This document shows positions 1 to 13,300 of a DNA stretch of 64,000 nucleotides, piece by piece (the stretch's first letter is position 1; each line of letters starts with the position of its first letter). This DNA comes from an uncultured Actinomycetota bacterium (lineage in GTDB: Bacteria; Actinomycetota; Thermoleophilia; RBG-16-64-13), in contig CAVZSN010000011.1 in NCBI GenBank assembly GCA_963777945.1, positions 164,303 to 228,302 on the forward strand, given 5' to 3'. A model generated the notes under the pieces. The model was not told the origin of the DNA, searched no databases, and worked only from the letters and a program-made list of their open reading frames with translations. A program made the position numbers and the translations under genes.

Positions 1-47
1 CGCCTCCACCGGGAGCGTCGACCGCATCTCGGGCGGATGATCCGACG

Positions 48-614
48 ATGATCCTCACCCGGATATGCGACCCCGGGCACGAGCTGCTGGCGCGGCTTCA
101 GGACTACGATCTCGAGGCCTTCGGCGCGACGGGTCTGCGGACCTACGACCTGGCCGTCATGGCTCAGGCCGGCGCCGTCTTTGTAGCGACCATCGGCGAC
201 GAGATCGTCGGCGGCTGCCAGCTCATGCGCGTGCTGGACGATCCTGATTTCTTCTACGTGGTGGGTTTCTACATCCGGCCGCAATGGCGGGGCCGTCATC
301 TGGGGCGCGAACTCTTGCGGCAGGTAGCCGAGCAGAGCAGGGCTCTCGGCGCAAGAGGGTTGGTCTTGACCGCAGCCCCCACAAATGCGGCCGCCCTCAC
401 CTTGTACCAGAGCGCCGGTTTCGTGGAGGACCGGTTCGTACCCCACTTCTATGGGGACAACGAAGACAGATACGTCCTGCGCTGGCGCTTCGCGGATATC
501 GGGGTCGCCCCAGGCGAAGCGACGGGAGCCGTTGGGGCCGAGGAGGGGTCCGCAGGGGGGCCTTGCAGGGCAGTGTATGATAGAAAGTCGACGGAGGAGG
601 TGGACGCCCAGTGA
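48..614 (+). CDS. GNAT-family N-acetyltransferase
   Basis: Acetyl-CoA motif A (IRPQWRGRHLGRELL) and motif B (NAAALTLYQSAGF); stop overlaps the deoC start (GTGA). Confidence 0.75.
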   Translation: MILTRICDPGHELLARLQDYDLEAFGATGLRTYDLAVMAQAGAVFVATIGDEIVGGCQLMRVLDDPDFFYVVGFYIRPQWRGRHLGRELLRQVAEQSRALGARGLVLTAAPTNAAALTLYQSAGFVEDRFVPHFYGDNEDRYVLRWRFADIGVAPGEATGAVGAEEGSAGGPCRAVYDRKSTEEVDAQ

Positions 615-1306
615 GAGTCGAAGAGCTAGCCAAGACCATCGATAGCACCCTGCTCGAGGCGACGAGCACGACCACCGCCGTCGAGGCCCTGTGTAGGGAC
701 GCCATCTCCTACCATTTCGCCTCCGTCTGCGTCCTGCCCTACTGCGTGCCGGTAGCCCGCCAGCTTCTCCAGGGATACGACGTCAAGGTGGGCACGGTCG
801 TCTCCTACCCCTTGGGGGCCGATTCGCAGCGCACCAAGATCACCGGAGCCGAACAGGCCGTCGCGCTGGGCGCCGACGAGCTCGACGTGATCCTCAACAT
901 CCCCGCCATGCTCTCCGGAGATTTTCGCTACGTGCGCGACGAGTTGCGCAGCGTGGTCCGCACGGTGCGCATGACCAGCGTCAACACCGGACGCGGTCTC
1001 GTCCTGGTCAAGGCCAACGTGGAGGCCTACTACCTCGACGAGAAGCTCAAGCGCCTGGTCTGCAAGATCGTGGAGGACTCAGGCGCCGACTTCATCAAGA
1101 CTTCCACCGGCTGCGCTCCGGGCGGGGCCACGGCCAAGGACGTGGAGTTGTTCCGCGATCTTCTGCCCGAGAGCGTGGGCGTGGACGCTTCGGGGGGCAT
1201 CCGCACCGCCGAGGACGCCGAGCTGATGATCAACGCCGGCGCCGCCCGTCTCGGCACCTCGTCCGCCGTGGATATCATCAAGGAGTTCTCGGCCGACAGG
1301 GAGTAG
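611..1306 (+). CDS. deoC: Deoxyribose-phosphate aldolase-like protein
   Basis: FASVCV, YPLG, GADELDVILN, GADFIKTSTG (Schiff-base Lys), ASGGIRT, GAARLGTSS; the second catalytic Lys position reads Asp. Confidence 0.85.
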   Translation: MRVEELAKTIDSTLLEATSTTTAVEALCRDAISYHFASVCVLPYCVPVARQLLQGYDVKVGTVVSYPLGADSQRTKITGAEQAVALGADELDVILNIPAMLSGDFRYVRDELRSVVRTVRMTSVNTGRGLVLVKANVEAYYLDEKLKRLVCKIVEDSGADFIKTSTGCAPGGATAKDVELFRDLLPESVGVDASGGIRTAEDAELMINAGAARLGTSSAVDIIKEFSADRE

Positions 1307-1345
1307 CCGGGCGCCCGGCTAGCCCCGCCGGACGCACCGAGGAGG

Positions 1346-3634
<2,289 letters not shown>

Positions 3635-3830
3635 GCCGACCTCCTTTTTCCGGTGATTCTAGCGCGAACCGCGGCGATTGCATGGCGGTGCTGATTATGC
3701 GGCGGAGAGGGTGTCGCGGCGGCGCCGGAGCGCCTCTTGCGAGGCCGCGGAACGCGGCCCGCCCGACGCGGGCCCGGCGGCGATGGACGAGTCGCCGCCG
3801 GTCCCCGTCCGCCGGTGTCGGTATAGTAGT

Positions 3831-5237
3831 ATGGACCGGCGCCCCACAGGGGAGGAGGAGGTTGGACATGTCGGAGCCCTGGCGATCGTCTCTGTGATCT
3901 TGCTGCTGGCGGCCGTGGTCTTGCTGGTGATGGTACTTCTGCGGCAGCGCGTCAACCCTGCCGCGGCTCGTCGCGGGAGCTGCTCCAGGGCCAGGAACGG
4001 GGGGAGCGGCTGCTGCGGGAGGAGATGGACCGGGCCGGCAGGAGGCGGCGCAGAACGCCCAGCAGGTGCGCGAGGAGGTGAGCGCGGGCGATCAAGAGCT
4101 GGGGTGACTCCGCCGTCAACAGCATCGGCCAGCTCGGGCTGCAGCAGAAGAGCCAGCTCGACACCTTCGCCGACGCAGCTCGTCGACGCTGACCGAGTCC
4201 AACGAGCAGCGGATGAACGAGCTCCGCGACCACCGTCGACGACCGGCTCAAGCAGATGCAGGAGGACAACGCCACCAAGCTCGAGCAGATGCGGCAGACG
4301 GTCGACGAGCGCCTCACCGCCACTCTCGAGCAGCGTCTGGGCGAGTCGTTCAAGCAGGTGAGCGAGCGGCTGGAAGCGGTGCACAAGGGCCTGGGCGAGA
4401 TGCAGACGCTGGCCGCCGGCGTGGGCGACCTCAAGCAGGTGCTCACCAACGTCAAGACCCGCGGCACCTGGGGCGAGGTCCAGCTGGGCATGCTGCTGGA
4501 GCAGATCCTGACCCCCGACCAGTACGAGGCCAACGTGGCCTGCAAGCTGGGCTGCGGGGAGCGGGTGGAGTTCGCCATCCGGCTGCCGGGCCAGGACGGG
4601 CAGGAGGGCGATGCCGTCTGGCTGCCCATCGACGCCAAGTTCCCGGTGGAGGACTACCAGCGGATGCTCGAGGCCCAGGAGCGAGGCGACCTGCCGGCGA
4701 TGGAGGCGGCGCTCAAGGCGCTGGAGGCCCGCGTCAAGGCTTCGGCCAAGGACATCCAGACCAAGTACCTGGATCCGCCGCGGACCACCGATTTCGGCAT
4801 CATGTTCCTGCCCACCGAGGGGCTGTACGCCGAGGTGCTGCGCCGGCCGGGCCTGGCGGAGTCGCTCCAGCGCGACTGCCGGGTGGTCGATCGCCGGCCC
4901 GACCACTCTGGCGGCACTGCTCAACAGCCTGCAGATGGGCTTCCGCACCCTGGCCATCGAGAAGCGTTCGAGCGAGGTGTGGCAGCTGCTGGGGGCGGTG
5001 AAGACCCAGTTCGGGCAGTTCGGCGGACTGCTGGACAAGGTGCACAAGAAGCTCGACCAGGCCTCCACCACCATCGAGGATGCGGCCAGGAAGAGCCGGA
5101 CCATCGAGCGCAAGCTGAGGACCGTGCAGGAGCTGCCGGGGGACGCCGCGAGCAATCTGCTCTCGCTCACGACCATCGAGGAGCTGGAGCCGGGCGACGA
5201 CGCAGGACCGAGCGATACCGGCTTCGAGGACGAGTAG
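3831..5237 (+). CDS. rmuC: DNA recombination protein RmuC (frameshifted)
   Basis: N-terminal TM helix, coiled coil, KTRGTWGEVQL, LPIDAKFP, DFGIMFLPTEGLYAEV, GPTTLAALLNSLQMGFRTLAIEKRSSEVW. Confidence 0.9.
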
Positions 5238-5238
5238 C

Positions 5239-5917
5239 TTGACCATCGACACCGTCATCTTCGACCTCGACGGAGTCATCCTCGAGACCGAGCAGGAGTG
5301 GAACGAGGTCCGCCGCGAGTTCGCCGAACGGCACGGTGGCCACTGGGACGAGCACGACCAGCCCGCGGTGATGGGCGCGAATTCCATGCAGTGGGCCGAG
5401 TACATGCGCGCGCAGAACGGGCATCGACCTGTCGGCTCAGGAGATCTACGACGGGGTCGTCGGGATGCTCCGCGATCGCTACGCCCGCCATCTGCCGCTC
5501 ATCCCCGGCGCCCGGGAGGCGGTCGCGAGGCTGGCGCCGATCTTCCGGCTGGGCGTGGCCTCCTCGTCCCCACGCGAGCTCATCGAGTACTCGCTCGAGC
5601 TCGCGGGGTTGCGGCAGCTGTTCGGAGCGGTCGTCTCCTCGGACGAGGTGGCCATCGGCAAGCCGGCGCCGGACGTGTACCTGGAGGCCTGCGTCCGGCT
5701 TGGGACCGTCCCTTCGCGCGCGGTGGCGGTGGAGGATTCCACCAACGGGCTACGGGCCGCGGCGGCCGCCGAGCTGATGGTGATCGCCGTGCCCAACCCG
5801 GACTTCCCGCCCTCCGCGGATGCCCTCGGCCTCGCCGATATCGTGCTTGGTTCAGTCGCCGAGCTGACGGGGGATATCATCCTGACTCTTACCAGGGAGG
5901 CTGATGATGGCCGATAA
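5239..5917 (+). CDS. HAD-superfamily phosphatase (frameshift near 5430)
   Basis: VIFDLDGVILET, GVASSS, GKPAPDVYL, AVEDSTNG. Confidence 0.9.
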
Positions 5918-6299
5918 GGCTCGTCTCAACGAGTTCCTGCGCGGAGAGCGCTGGGCGGTCGTCGGGGCCTCAGACGATCGGAGCAAGTTCGGCAACATCA
6001 CGTTCCGGGAGCTCAAGCGGCGGGGCAAGAAGGTCTTCCCCGTGAACAGGAAGGCCCCGCAGGTGGAGGGCGAGACCGCCTACCCCAGCCTTTCCGATCT
6101 GCCCGAGCATGTCGACCGGGTGCTCATCGTCGTTCCGCCGAAGCAGAGCGAGAGCGTGGTGCGCGAAGCCGACGAGGCAGGTATCGACAGCGTGTGGTTC
6201 CAGCCGGGAGCGGAGTCGGTGGCCGCTCTCGCGTACTGTGAAGCGCACGGGATGGTGGCCATAGCCGGCCACTGCATCCTCAAGACCAGCGAAGAGTAG
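5904..6299 (+). CDS. CoA-binding protein (YccU-like)
   Basis: WAVVGASDDRSKFG, VFPVN, AYPSLSDLP, VWFQPG, C-terminal HCIL. Confidence 0.9.
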   Translation: MMADKARLNEFLRGERWAVVGASDDRSKFGNITFRELKRRGKKVFPVNRKAPQVEGETAYPSLSDLPEHVDRVLIVVPPKQSESVVREADEAGIDSVWFQPGAESVAALAYCEAHGMVAIAGHCILKTSEE

Positions 6300-6361
6300 G
6301 TAGGGGCACCCGCAGACTCAGCCGGAAGGCAGGGGCGCCGGCTCCGTGCCCTTCCGCGCGC

Positions 6362-7670
6362 CTACAGCGCGAGGATCGCGCGGAAGTCGTTGACGTTCGT
6401 CCGGGTCGGGCCGGTCACGAACAGATCGCCTAGGGCCGCAAAGAAGCCGTAGCTGTCGTTGTCGGCGAGCGAACGCCTGGGATCGAGCCCCGTTGCCCTG
6501 GCCTGCGCAAGCGTGTCGGGATGGAGGAACGCGCCGGCATTATCCTCGGTCCCGTCGATGCCGTCGGTGTCGGCCGCCAGGGCATAGACCGGGCAGCCTG
6601 GGAGGCCATCTTCCTCGAGGGCAAGCGCGAGCGCCAGGAGGTACTCTGTGTTGCGGCCTCCGCGCCCCCTGCCGGCGACCGTCACTGTGGTCTCTCCCCC
6701 GGAAAGGACGAGCCGGGGTCCGTGGTCGGGCTGGCGTTCCGCGCTTGGCTCGGACGCCGCGAGAAGGCGCCGGACCACGTGAGCGTGCTCCGCGGCGACA
6801 TCGCGGGCCTCTCCCTGAAGGCCGGCGCCCAAGACCATCGGTTCCATTCCCTCGGCCTCGCGCCGCCGACACGGCCGCCTCGAGAGCGGAAGCGGGCGAG
6901 GCCAACAATTCGAACCGGCTGTGCGCCAGCCGGGGGTCGCCCGGTTTGGGCGTCTCTTCCGCAGCACTCTCGAGGTGCCGGCGGACGGATGCCGGCAGGT
7001 CCACGTCATAGCGTCTGACAACCTCGAGCGCGTCCGCGAAGGTCGACGGGTCGGCCACCGTTGGCCCGGAGGCAATGCTGGCAGGGTCATCACCGGGGAC
7101 GTCGGAGATGGCGAAGGTGATAACCTCCGCGGGCCGGCACGCCAAGGCAAGGCGGCCACCGGCTAGGGCGGAGAGGTGCTTGCGCACGCAGTTGATGTCG
7201 CCGATGGGCGCTCCTGATGCGAGTAGCCGGCGGTTTGTCTCCCGGAGTTCTGCCAGCGTGAGACCACACGCCGGAAGGGTCAGGAGGGCCGAGCCTCCTC
7301 CGCTCAGAAGGACGAGCACCAGGTCCTCTCGGGAAAGACCGCCGACAAGCTCGAGCACGCGTTCCGCGGCTTGCGAACCGGTCGAATCGGGAAGCGGGTG
7401 GCCTGCCTCGATCACCTCGATCCGGCGGCAGGGAAGTCCGTGGCCATAGCGGGTCACCACCAGACCTGAGAGGGGACCCTGCCAGTGCTCATCCACCGCT
7501 CTGCCCATGGCGGCGGCAGCCTTGCCCGCTCCGATCACCACCGTCTTGCCGCGCGGACGGGCGGGAAGACGTCCAGGCAGAAGTTCCTGTGGATCGGCGG
7601 CCGCGACCATCGCCGCGAACAGGCCGGACAGGAAGCCGGCCGGATCCTTCTCTGGTGCCTGGATTATCAT
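6362..7670 (-). CDS. Glycerate kinase (DUF4147/MOFRL family), frameshifted
   Basis: GAGKAAAAM, EAGHPLPD, LLSGGGSAL, SDVPGDDPASIASGPT, SGGETTV, GGRNTE, DTDGIDG, TGPTRTNVNDFR. Confidence 0.92.
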
Positions 7671-7679
7671 GATGGGACC

Positions 7680-8104
7680 ATGGTACATGTGCTGGATGAC
7701 CTCGAGATCCCCGACGAGGAGCTCACCTTCACCACGTCGCGCAGCAGCGGGCCGGGAGGCCAGAACGTCAACAAGCTGAGCACCCGGGTCACGCTGCTCT
7801 TCAACGTGGACGACTCCCCACGACTGTCGGTGGAGCAGCGTGGACTGTTGCGCCTTCATCTCGCGGGACGAATCTCTCGCGCTGGGGTCCTGCGGGTGGT
7901 GTCGCAACGCCACCGCACGCAACTGGCCAACAAGGACGCCGCTGTCGCCCGGTTCGCGGAGCTGCTGCGAGGACGCCCTCGACCGAAAGGCCGGAGCGCA
8001 TCCCGGTGACCGTGCCGCGGAAGGTCACGCAGCGGCGTTTGGAGGAGAAGCGGCGGCGGGGCACCGTGAAGAGGGAGCGGGCGACCCCCGACGTGGACGA
8101 CTAG
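7680..8104 (+). CDS. arfB: Alternative ribosome rescue peptidyl-tRNA hydrolase ArfB (frameshift near 7975)
   Basis: SRSSGPGGQNVNK GGQ motif, SQRHRTQLANK, basic C-terminal tail (QRRLEEKRRRGTVKRER) in the shifted frame. Confidence 0.9.
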
Positions 8105-8184
8105 AGCAAAGGCTCGCGAGGTTCGTCGGCAGGCGACGCGCAGGGGGCGCCGTCTACGGCGGCGCCGCGCCGCTGTCCGAACGG

Positions 8185-8784
8185 CTACTCCGCAGCGTCG
8201 ACGGCGCGGTCGACGCGGGCGGCCACGACCGCGAACATGTTCCGCCCCAGATCCTCCGAGAGCACCGGCTGGAAGTAGGGCCGTAGCGCGCCGGCCACCT
8301 CCTCCTTGCTGACGCGGATGTCGGCCGGAGGCCCGCCATCCCCGGCCTCGGGATCCTTGCGCCAGTCGACGACCACCAGTCTGCCTGCCGGGCGCAGGGC
8401 GCGGGCGAGCCCGGGCAGGTCTATCTCGCCGCCGGTCTCGTGCCAGACGGAGATGGAGCAGGCCACATCGGCGCTGGCGGAGGTCAGATCAAGATGGGCT
8501 AAATCGCCCACGACCAGACGTACATTCGGTGGCACCCCGCGTGCTCGATAGAAGTCGTGCATCTCCACCTGAAGGTCGAGTGCGTATACCGTGCCGGACG
8601 TAAGTGCGGCGATGAGGTCGGTGTAGAAGCCGACTCCGCTTCCCAGGTCGATCACGTCCTCGCTGCCGGCGAGTGCCAGGAGTCGGATGAGGTCTCGTTC
8701 GCTGAGTTGGGTCTCGAGGCGCCGAGGATCCATAAGCCGCTGCGCCCGGTCGGGGGAGATGGGAGCGTGCTGGTGCATGATCAC
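8185..8784 (-). CDS. Class I SAM-dependent methyltransferase
   Basis: VIDLGSGVGFY motif I, VYALD, LRPAGRLVVVDW. Confidence 0.85.
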   Translation of the reverse strand: MIMHQHAPISPDRAQRLMDPRRLETQLSERDLIRLLALAGSEDVIDLGSGVGFYTDLIAALTSGTVYALDLQVEMHDFYRARGVPPNVRLVVGDLAHLDLTSASADVACSISVWHETGGEIDLPGLARALRPAGRLVVVDWRKDPEAGDGGPPADIRVSKEEVAGALRPYFQPVLSEDLGRNMFAVVAARVDRAVDAAE

Positions 8785-8806
8785 CGGTCCGTGATGTTGG
8801 CGGATT

Positions 8807-10097
8807 CTAGAACTGTGTGGAGCAGAAGGGGGCGATGCCGGTGGAGAACATGGCGTCGGCCATCGCCAGCATGCGAGGGTCCGCGCAGTCGAGTCGGCCG
8901 GCCATGGCGAGATCCGTGAAGCTGACGCCGCCCAGAAACGCGGCCCCCAACGTGGCCACGTCCAGAGAGATATCGACGCGCCGGTCGGTGGGACGACAAT
9001 CGGCTCTGCCGGCCTCGGCTCCCCGGGCTTCGGCCTCTCCGGTCCCGGCTCCCGTCGTCAGCAGGTAACGTCCCGTGCGCGGCGCGGGGAACGCTTCGAC
9101 CACCTCGAAGACCACTTCCCCCGGCGCAGAGTAAGTGCGGGCCGTCAGCGCCCGGGGGATGTCGAGCAGCCGCACGTAGAGGTCGTCCGACACGGCGTTC
9201 ACCGTCAGTCGGCGGGAGTCGGCCAAGAGCCAGCGAAGCGGCTCGTCGACTCGCGCCCTGACCGTAGGAGATGGTCTGGCTGAGGTCGGTCCCGATGATG
9301 TACTGCCAGAGAGCCCGGTAGGCGTCGCGATCACCGGCCAGCAGTTCGACCACCACGACCTCGTTCAAAGGGGTGGAAGCAGCCCACTGCTCTTTGATGC
9401 GGTAGCTCACATATCCGTTGTCGCCTGCTCGCCCGGAGTGGACCGCATGGTACATCCTGGTGGCGCCCTGCCGCTCGAGCGGGGGATCCGAGAGATATCC
9501 GGACCACCACTGGGGCGATCTGGAGACCGCACCAGGCTGGTCGCGGCGCAGAGTCTCAAAGACCGCCGCCATCCGACCCGCGGCCTCTACGCCCGCGGCA
9601 AGGGTGATCTCGCCCGTGGTCCCGTCCGCGGCCGGGGGAACGAGCTGCGCATGCGCCCGCTCGAGTGAGAAGCTCATGGTCGTGCTGGCAGCCCCGTAGC
9701 CGAAGCGCCCGTAGATGGTGGCCTCGGAGGCACCGAGAATGGAGACCGGCTCCTCTCGCTCCATCATGTCGCCCATCTGGGCCCTGAAGAGCGAGCGCAG
9801 GATGCCACGGCGGCGGTGGGTCGGCAGGGTCGCCCCCCAGGTGGCGCCCCCCGCAGGGACCGTTCTGCGGCCGGGGAGGGTCAACTCCATCGAGAACACG
9901 GCGAGCGAACCGACCATCTTGCCGGCATCGTACGCGCAGAGCGCTCGATCGAAGGGAAAGTCGCGGATGAATGCCGCCTCGTCCTCCGGCGTGGACTCCT
10001 CGCCGAAGGTGATGTTCCCCAGTTCGACGATGTCGTGGAACTCTTCTTCTCGGGGTGCGCGGATCTCCACGCCGTCCCCCATCTTTGGACAGGTCAC
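8807..10097 (-). CDS. Eis-like GNAT acetyltransferase with SCP2-like C-terminus (frameshift near 9270)
   Basis: TLPTHRRRGILRSL, LGASEATIYGRFGYG, DDLYVRLLDIPRAL, C-terminal ADAMFST..PFCSTQF. Confidence 0.85.
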
Positions 10098-10104
10098 AGG
10101 GCGT

Positions 10105-13100
10105 CTACCTCAGGAGACAGCCGTTCGCCTGCAGATGGGCCTGCCAGTCGGCCTCACTTGTCTCGCCGCACTTGCGGAGCAGCCTGTCCCACTCGTCGTC
10201 GACCCAGCTCTCAAGCTGCTCCAGGGAGTGCTCGAAGCCGGGTTGGAAGAGGTGGGCGAAGCGACCCTGGCGCTTGAGCCACGGCACCAGCGGCAGCTTG
10301 TAGTGCGGACGGTAGGTGAGCCGGTACTCGCCGTCCTCGTACTCGAACAGCGGCCAATAGCAGGTGTTGACCGCTTCGCGGGCAAGATCGATGCTCTCCG
10401 CGCCGTCCGAGCGCCACCCGCGAGGGCAGGGGGCGATGACATTGAGGAAGGTAGGCCCGTCGATGGAGAGGGCCTTGGCCGCCTTGCGCACCAAGTCACG
10501 AGGATCGTGGGGCGAGGCCTGGGCCACGTATTTGAGGCCGTGCGCGATCATGAGCTCGGTCAGGTTCTTGCGATGCTGCAGCTTGCCGGCCGACTCCTCG
10601 CCCACCGGGCTGGTGGTGGTCCAGGCAGCGATCGGGGTGGCTCCCGAGCGCTGGAAGCCGGTGTTCATGTAGGCGCCGTTGTCGTAGCAGACGTAGAGCA
10701 TCTTGTGGCCGCGCTCCATGGCGCCCGACAGCGATTGGAGGCCGATGTCGTAGGTGCCGCCGTCGCCGCCGAATGCGATGAACTTGACGTTCTCGTCGAT
10801 GACGCCCTTCTTCTTGAGCGCGCGGAACGCGGTCTCGACGCCGCTCAGCGTGGCGGCCGAGTTCTCGAACGCGGTGTGGATGAAGCTGCTCTTCCAGGAC
10901 GTGTAGGGGTAGATGGTGGTGCTGACCTCGAGACAACCGGTCGCCGCGCTCACCACCACCGGGTCGCTGGTGCCCATGAGCACCTGCCGCACCACGACCG
11001 GTGCACCGCAGCCGGCACACATGCGATGGCCGCCCGCCAGCCGGCTGCCCTGCTCGACCAGCCGGAGCCATTCCACGCGGGCCTTCTCGAAGTGGTCGGT
11101 CTCCTTGAGCGCGTCGACGGGGCAGACGTTGACACATTCCCGGCAGAGGATGCAGCGGCTCTCGTCCACCTTGAAAGAGGTGAGAGTGCGTTCGTTGAAG
11201 GTGAGTGCGCCCGTGGGACACGTGCTGACGCAGCGTCCGCAGCTGATGCAGTCGGCCATCTGGAGGGCCTCGCCGTAGGGCGTGTCGACGTTGATGGTGA
11301 AGCCCCTGCCGGTGAAGTCGTAACAGGCCGGGCCCGCCACGTCCCGGCAGACCCGTACGCACCGACCGCACGCGATGCAGCGCTCCATGTTGCGCCGGAT
11401 GAAGGGATGTTCCAGCTGGGGCTCGACCACCCGTACACGGCCGCCCTTCTTGACGAGATCGTTGGTGGTGACGCCGTATTCCACGCCGAGCCTCTGCAGA
11501 TCGCACTCGCCCAGGCTGGGGCACTCGCACTGCAGGCAGCGCTTGGCCTCCTCCTGCGCCGTGGCGAGGCTGTACCCCTTCTCCACTTCCACGTTGGGTG
11601 CAGATAGACGCTTGGCTTTCGCGACCTTGGGCATAGCGGCGCGAGCCTGCGGCTCGGCGCCGGCACCCATCTTGAGCCAGACAGGGTCGCGTTCCGCCAA
11701 GCGGCGTGCGACGGTGGCCAGGGCTTTCTCTCGCCCGAGCTGCTCGAGGTAGGGCAGGCGGGCGTGGGCGGCAAGGTCCTCTTCCAGAGCGGTCAAGTCC
11801 TCTCCGCGCAGCCAGGCGTCGGCAGCCACGGCCGCGCGCTTGCCGCCCGCCACCGCGTGTATGACGGAGCGGGCGCCGCCGAGAGCGTCGCCAGCTACGA
11901 AGAGGCCGGTATGGGAGGTACGCCCTGTGAACCGGTTGATGGTGAGCTGGACGCCGCCGACCTTGAGCGCGGGGCGGCCACGGCCGCCGGGCACCCACCC
12001 GTCCTCCGCGGCCAGGATCACGGTCGCGCCTCTTACGGAGGTCGCCTGCTTCTCGGCCGCCGCCGGGTCGGCTTCGAACTTGAAGATCACGCCCTCCTCA
12101 CGGGCGGCTGCGACCTCGCGCTCGCCCGCGGGCATGGCGTCGGCGCCCGACCGCGACAGCACGGTCACATTCGCGGCGCCTGAGCGGAGCGCAGTACGGG
12201 CGGCATCGACGGCCGTGATGCCGTCTCCGATCACCAGCACCGGACCGCTCAGATGCGCCGGGCGCCCATTACGTTGCTGCCGCAGGAATCCGAGGGCATC
12301 GAGGGTGTCACCGTCGGCGGCCTTTCTCGCATTTCGCGGCGCACTCCGCGGCGCACCGCCGGTGGCCAGGACCACGGCGTCGAAACCGGCGTCGAACAAT
12401 CCCTGAGGGTCGGACTCGTAGCGCATCTTGGAGTCACCGACGAAGCGGACGCCGGCATCCCACAGCGGCTGCAGCTCGGTGTCGAGCACCTTGGCCGGCA
12501 GGCGGAACTCGGGAATGAGGTAGCGCAGTGATCCGCCGGGCTCGGTCTCGGCGTCATAGACCGTGACCTGATGTCCCCGGCCGGCCAGGAACCAGGCAGC
12601 GGACAGGCCGGCGGGTCCCGCGCCCACGACAGCCACCCTCTTGCCGGTCGCGGCGCCCCGGGGCAGGCGGGCTTTGGAGTGGTCCGCCGCCGCCCTGTGC
12701 AGGTCGCAGATGGCGATAGGCTCGTCCACGTCTCCCCGCCGACACACGGGCTCGCAGTAGCGAGGACAGACGCGACCCAGGATGCCGGGGAAGGGCAGTT
12801 CTTCACGCACGACCGCGGCTGCGCCGGTGGTGTCGCCCTCGGCCAGCAGCGCCAGATACCCCGGGATGTCGATGTGGGTGGGGCAGGCGTGGGTGCAGGG
12901 TGCCTCGCAGTAGGCGTTGTGGTCGGACAGATACATCCGGAGGTAGCTTTCACGCCGGGCAGTCACTCGGGGCGTGTGGGTCTGCACGGACATGCTGTCG
13001 GTCACCCAGGTGGTACAGGCCGCCTGCAGTTTGTCGACGCCCTCGACCTCCACCAGGCAGAGGCGACAGCCGCCCCATGCCGCCGTGCCCTCGAGGTGGC

Positions 13101-13300
13101 ACAGCGCGGGGATGTCGATGCCTTCGCGTCGGGCCACATCCAGTACGGTCTCGCCCTGTCTGCGCCGCCAACCGCCGACCGTTGATGGTGATGTTCAGGG
13201 CCGCCGCCGGCGCGGCCGCTGCGGTTGCCGTCGCCGCTGCGGTTGCCGCCCCCGCCGTCGTCGCGGCGCTCGTCGTCCGCTTCCGTCGCGGTGCGCTCAT
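10105..13300 (-). CDS. Fusion: HydA/NuoG-like Fe-S subunit (BfuA) + inserted GltD/NfnB-like FAD/NAD(P) domain + extra 4Fe-4S + 2-oxoacid:ferredoxin oxidoreductase beta subunit
   Basis: One 1010-aa frame plus a short N-terminus after a frameshift near 13160. Motifs: CHLEGTAAWGGCRLC...C (2Fe-2S); SDHNAYCEAPCTHACP; GRVCPRYCEPVC; VVGAGPAGL; CLQCEC..GECDLQ; CIACGRCVRVC; CISCGRCVSTCP; CILCRECVNVCP; then GHRMCAGCG, TGCLEV, GGDGGTYDIG..YDNGAYMNTG (TPP/Mg) and APCPRGW. Confidence 0.9.

Noticed and set aside
6540-7922. Long N-terminal extension of glycerate kinase overlapping arfB
   Set aside because: The extension is the antisense of arfB; family homology begins near the ATG at 7670.
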